Positions 28,827 to 32,000 of a DNA stretch of 32,000 bases are shown one piece after another. Each line of letters begins with the position of its first letter. The first letter of the stretch is position 1. The position numbers were made by a program, and so were the translations under genes. The notes under the pieces were generated by a model. It did no database searches, was not told the DNA's origin, and saw only the letters and a program-made list of their open reading frames with translations. The stretch spans positions 4,320,001-4,352,000 of the forward strand of contig NC_000962.3 of the NCBI RefSeq assembly GCF_000195955.2. The letters run 5' to 3'. This DNA is from Mycobacterium tuberculosis H37Rv. GTDB taxonomy: Bacteria > Actinomycetota > Actinomycetes > Mycobacteriales > Mycobacteriaceae.

Positions 28827-30602
28827 ATGACTGCTGAACCGGAAGTACGGACGCTGCGCGAGGTTGTGCTGGACCAGCTCGGCACTGCTGAATCGCGTGC
28901 GTACAAGATGTGGCTGCCGCCGTTGACCAATCCGGTCCCGCTCAACGAGCTCATCGCCCGTGATCGGCGACAACCCCTGCGATTTGCCCTGGGGATCATG
29001 GATGAACCGCGCCGCCATCTACAGGATGTGTGGGGCGTAGACGTTTCCGGGGCCGGCGGCAACATCGGTATTGGGGGCGCACCTCAAACCGGGAAGTCGA
29101 CGCTACTGCAGACGATGGTGATGTCGGCCGCCGCCACACACTCACCGCGCAACGTTCAGTTCTATTGCATCGACCTAGGTGGCGGCGGGCTGATCTATCT
29201 CGAAAACCTTCCACACGTCGGTGGGGTAGCCAATCGGTCCGAGCCCGACAAGGTCAACCGGGTGGTCGCAGAGATGCAAGCCGTCATGCGGCAACGGGAA
29301 ACCACCTTCAAGGAACACCGAGTGGGCTCGATCGGGATGTACCGGCAGCTGCGTGACGATCCAAGTCAACCCGTTGCGTCCGATCCATACGGCGACGTCT
29401 TTCTGATCATCGACGGATGGCCCGGTTTTGTCGGCGAGTTCCCCGACCTTGAGGGGCAGGTTCAAGATCTGGCCGCCCAGGGGCTGGCGTTCGGCGTCCA
29501 CGTCATCATCTCCACGCCACGCTGGACAGAGCTGAAGTCGCGTGTTCGCGACTACCTCGGCACCAAGATCGAGTTCCGGCTTGGTGACGTCAATGAAACC
29601 CAGATCGACCGGATTACCCGCGAGATCCCGGCGAATCGTCCGGGTCGGGCAGTGTCGATGGAAAAGCACCATCTGATGATCGGCGTGCCCAGGTTCGACG
29701 GCGTGCACAGCGCCGATAACCTGGTGGAGGCGATCACCGCGGGGGTGACGCAGATCGCTTCCCAGCACACCGAACAGGCACCTCCGGTGCGGGTCCTGCC
29801 GGAGCGTATCCACCTGCACGAACTCGACCCGAACCCGCCGGGACCAGAGTCCGACTACCGCACTCGCTGGGAGATTCCGATCGGCTTGCGCGAGACGGAC
29901 CTGACGCCGGCTCACTGCCACATGCACACGAACCCGCACCTACTGATCTTCGGTGCGGCCAAATCGGGCAAGACGACCATTGCCCACGCGATCGCGCGCG
30001 CCATTTGTGCCCGAAACAGTCCCCAGCAGGTGCGGTTCATGCTCGCGGACTACCGCTCGGGCCTGCTGGACGCGGTGCCGGACACCCATCTGCTGGGCGC
30101 CGGCGCGATCAACCGCAACAGCGCGTCGCTAGACGAGGCCGTTCAAGCACTGGCGGTCAACCTGAAGAAGCGGTTGCCGCCGACCGACCTGACGACGGCG
30201 CAGCTACGCTCGCGTTCGTGGTGGAGCGGATTTGACGTCGTGCTTCTGGTCGACGATTGGCACATGATCGTGGGTGCCGCCGGGGGGATGCCGCCGATGG
30301 CACCGCTGGCCCCGTTATTGCCGGCGGCGGCAGATATCGGGTTGCACATCATTGTCACCTGTCAGATGAGCCAGGCTTACAAGGCAACCATGGACAAGTT
30401 CGTCGGCGCCGCATTCGGGTCGGGCGCTCCGACAATGTTCCTTTCGGGCGAGAAGCAGGAATTCCCATCCAGTGAGTTCAAGGTCAAGCGGCGCCCCCCT
30501 GGCCAGGCATTTCTCGTCTCGCCAGACGGCAAAGAGGTCATCCAGGCCCCCTACATCGAGCCTCCAGAAGAAGTGTTCGCAGCACCCCCAAGCGCCGGTT
30601 AA
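28827..30602 (+). CDS. eccCb1: ESX-1 FtsK/SpoIIIE-family ATPase EccCb1: ATPase domains 2 and 3 (Rv3871)
   Basis: 591-aa ORF with two P-loops. The first is [10 protein letters not shown] with [11 protein letters not shown] and the second is GAAKSGKTT with [11 protein letters not shown]. The RBS GAGGAGGAG is supplied by the upstream repeat. Confidence 0.96.
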
Positions 30603-30629
30603 GATTATTTCATTGCCGGTGTAGCAGGA

Positions 30630-30659
30630 CCCGAGCTCAGCCCGGTAATCGAGTTCGGG
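30630..30659 (+). terminator. Weak candidate stem-loop after eccCb1
   Basis: CCCGAGCTC (30630-30638) pairs with GAGTTCGGG (30651-30659), a 9-bp stem including one G-U, with a 12-nt loop. It lies 28 nt after the stop. It could be an attenuator or processing site rather than a full terminator. Confidence 0.3.
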
Positions 30660-30744
30660 CAATGCTGACCATCGGGTTTGTTTCCGGCTATAACCGAACG
30701 GTTTGTGTACGGGATACAAATACAGGGAGGGAAGAAGTAGGCAA

Positions 30745-31044
30745 ATGGAAAAAATGTCACATGATCCGATCGCTGCCGACATTGGCACGCAAGTGAGCGA
30801 CAACGCTCTGCACGGCGTGACGGCCGGCTCGACGGCGCTGACGTCGGTGACCGGGCTGGTTCCCGCGGGGGCCGATGAGGTCTCCGCCCAAGCGGCGACG
30901 GCGTTCACATCGGAGGGCATCCAATTGCTGGCTTCCAATGCATCGGCCCAAGACCAGCTCCACCGTGCGGGCGAAGCGGTCCAGGACGTCGCCCGCACCT
31001 ATTCGCAAATCGACGACGGCGCCGCCGGCGTCTTCGCCGAATAG
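30745..31044 (+). CDS. PE35: PE family protein PE35 (Rv3872)
   Basis: ATG at 30745 is preceded by CAGGGAGGGAAG, giving 99 aa (MEKMSHDPIAADIGTQVSDNALHGVTAGSTALTSVTGLVPAGADEVSAQAATAF...), a PE-domain helix-turn-helix. The C-terminal Y-x-x-x-D is YSQID (nt 31000-31014). Confidence 0.93.
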   Translation: MEKMSHDPIAADIGTQVSDNALHGVTAGSTALTSVTGLVPAGADEVSAQAATAFTSEGIQLLASNASAQDQLHRAGEAVQDVARTYSQIDDGAAGVFAE

Positions 31045-31074
31045 GCCCCCAACACATCGGAGGGAGTGATCACC

Positions 31075-32000
31075 ATGCTGTGGCACGCAATGCCACCGGA
31101 GCTAAATACCGCACGGCTGATGGCCGGCGCGGGTCCGGCTCCAATGCTTGCGGCGGCCGCGGGATGGCAGACGCTTTCGGCGGCTCTGGACGCTCAGGCC
31201 GTCGAGTTGACCGCGCGCCTGAACTCTCTGGGAGAAGCCTGGACTGGAGGTGGCAGCGACAAGGCGCTTGCGGCTGCAACGCCGATGGTGGTCTGGCTAC
31301 AAACCGCGTCAACACAGGCCAAGACCCGTGCGATGCAGGCGACGGCGCAAGCCGCGGCATACACCCAGGCCATGGCCACGACGCCGTCGCTGCCGGAGAT
31401 CGCCGCCAACCACATCACCCAGGCCGTCCTTACGGCCACCAACTTCTTCGGTATCAACACGATCCCGATCGCGTTGACCGAGATGGATTATTTCATCCGT
31501 ATGTGGAACCAGGCAGCCCTGGCAATGGAGGTCTACCAGGCCGAGACCGCGGTTAACACGCTTTTCGAGAAGCTCGAGCCGATGGCGTCGATCCTTGATC
31601 CCGGCGCGAGCCAGAGCACGACGAACCCGATCTTCGGAATGCCCTCCCCTGGCAGCTCAACACCGGTTGGCCAGTTGCCGCCGGCGGCTACCCAGACCCT
31701 CGGCCAACTGGGTGAGATGAGCGGCCCGATGCAGCAGCTGACCCAGCCGCTGCAGCAGGTGACGTCGTTGTTCAGCCAGGTGGGCGGCACCGGCGGCGGC
31801 AACCCAGCCGACGAGGAAGCCGCGCAGATGGGCCTGCTCGGCACCAGTCCGCTGTCGAACCATCCGCTGGCTGGTGGATCAGGCCCCAGCGCGGGCGCGG
31901 GCCTGCTGCGCGCGGAGTCGCTACCTGGCGCAGGTGGGTCGTTGACCCGCACGCCGCTGATGTCTCAGCTGATCGAAAAGCCGGTTGCCCCCTCGGTGAT
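31075..32000 (+). CDS. PPE68: PPE family protein PPE68 (Rv3873), 5' part only, continuing beyond the window
   Basis: It is absent from the ORF track because no stop falls inside the window. ATG at 31075 follows GGAGGGAG. The frame stays open to 32000. The N-terminus [34 protein letters not shown]... has the P-P-E motif at residues 7-9. Confidence 0.93.

Overview
High-GC actinobacterial chromosome. From the protein sequences and gene order I recognise it as the Mycobacterium tuberculosis complex region from sodA (Rv3846) to PPE68 (Rv3873). This identification is from memory and was not checked by any search. The first ~18 kb is mostly housekeeping and accessory: sodA, a UPF0016 cation-transporter-like membrane protein, the ESX-1 regulator espR, a basic/histone-like gene cluster (Rv3850, Rv3851, hns), rraA, the divergent ethA/ethR ethionamide-activation pair, a PHP-domain protein, the gltBD glutamate synthase operon, and a MinD/ParA-like ATPase (Rv3860). 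From ~18.2 kb to the window end lies the 5' half of the ESX-1 type VII secretion locus: whiB6, the divergent FHA+HTH regulator Rv3863 (espM), espE, espF, espG1, espH, eccA1, eccB1, eccCa1, eccCb1, PE35 and the 5' part of PPE68. esxB/esxA would lie just beyond the window. This is the 'system' in the window, and it is well characterised, not novel. I found no convincing evidence for an undescribed multi-gene system. Less-described structure I can see directly includes the following. (1) A perfect 2 x 53-bp MIRU-type tandem repeat fills the eccCa1/eccCb1 split, with a bridging mini-ORF. (2) An 18-bp perfect inverted repeat lies between convergent Rv3860 and whiB6, inside the doubtful ORF Rv3861. 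(3) A CATAGCGAGTAGAA-like motif recurs upstream of Rv3863 and espF. (4) A PhoP-like direct repeat and palindromes sit in the whiB6/Rv3863 divergent region. (5) A decayed ISL3-like transposase fragment lies upstream of sodA. No rRNA, tRNA or CRISPR arrays were seen. Many long ORFs in the six-frame track are antisense or alternative-frame artefacts of the high GC content.
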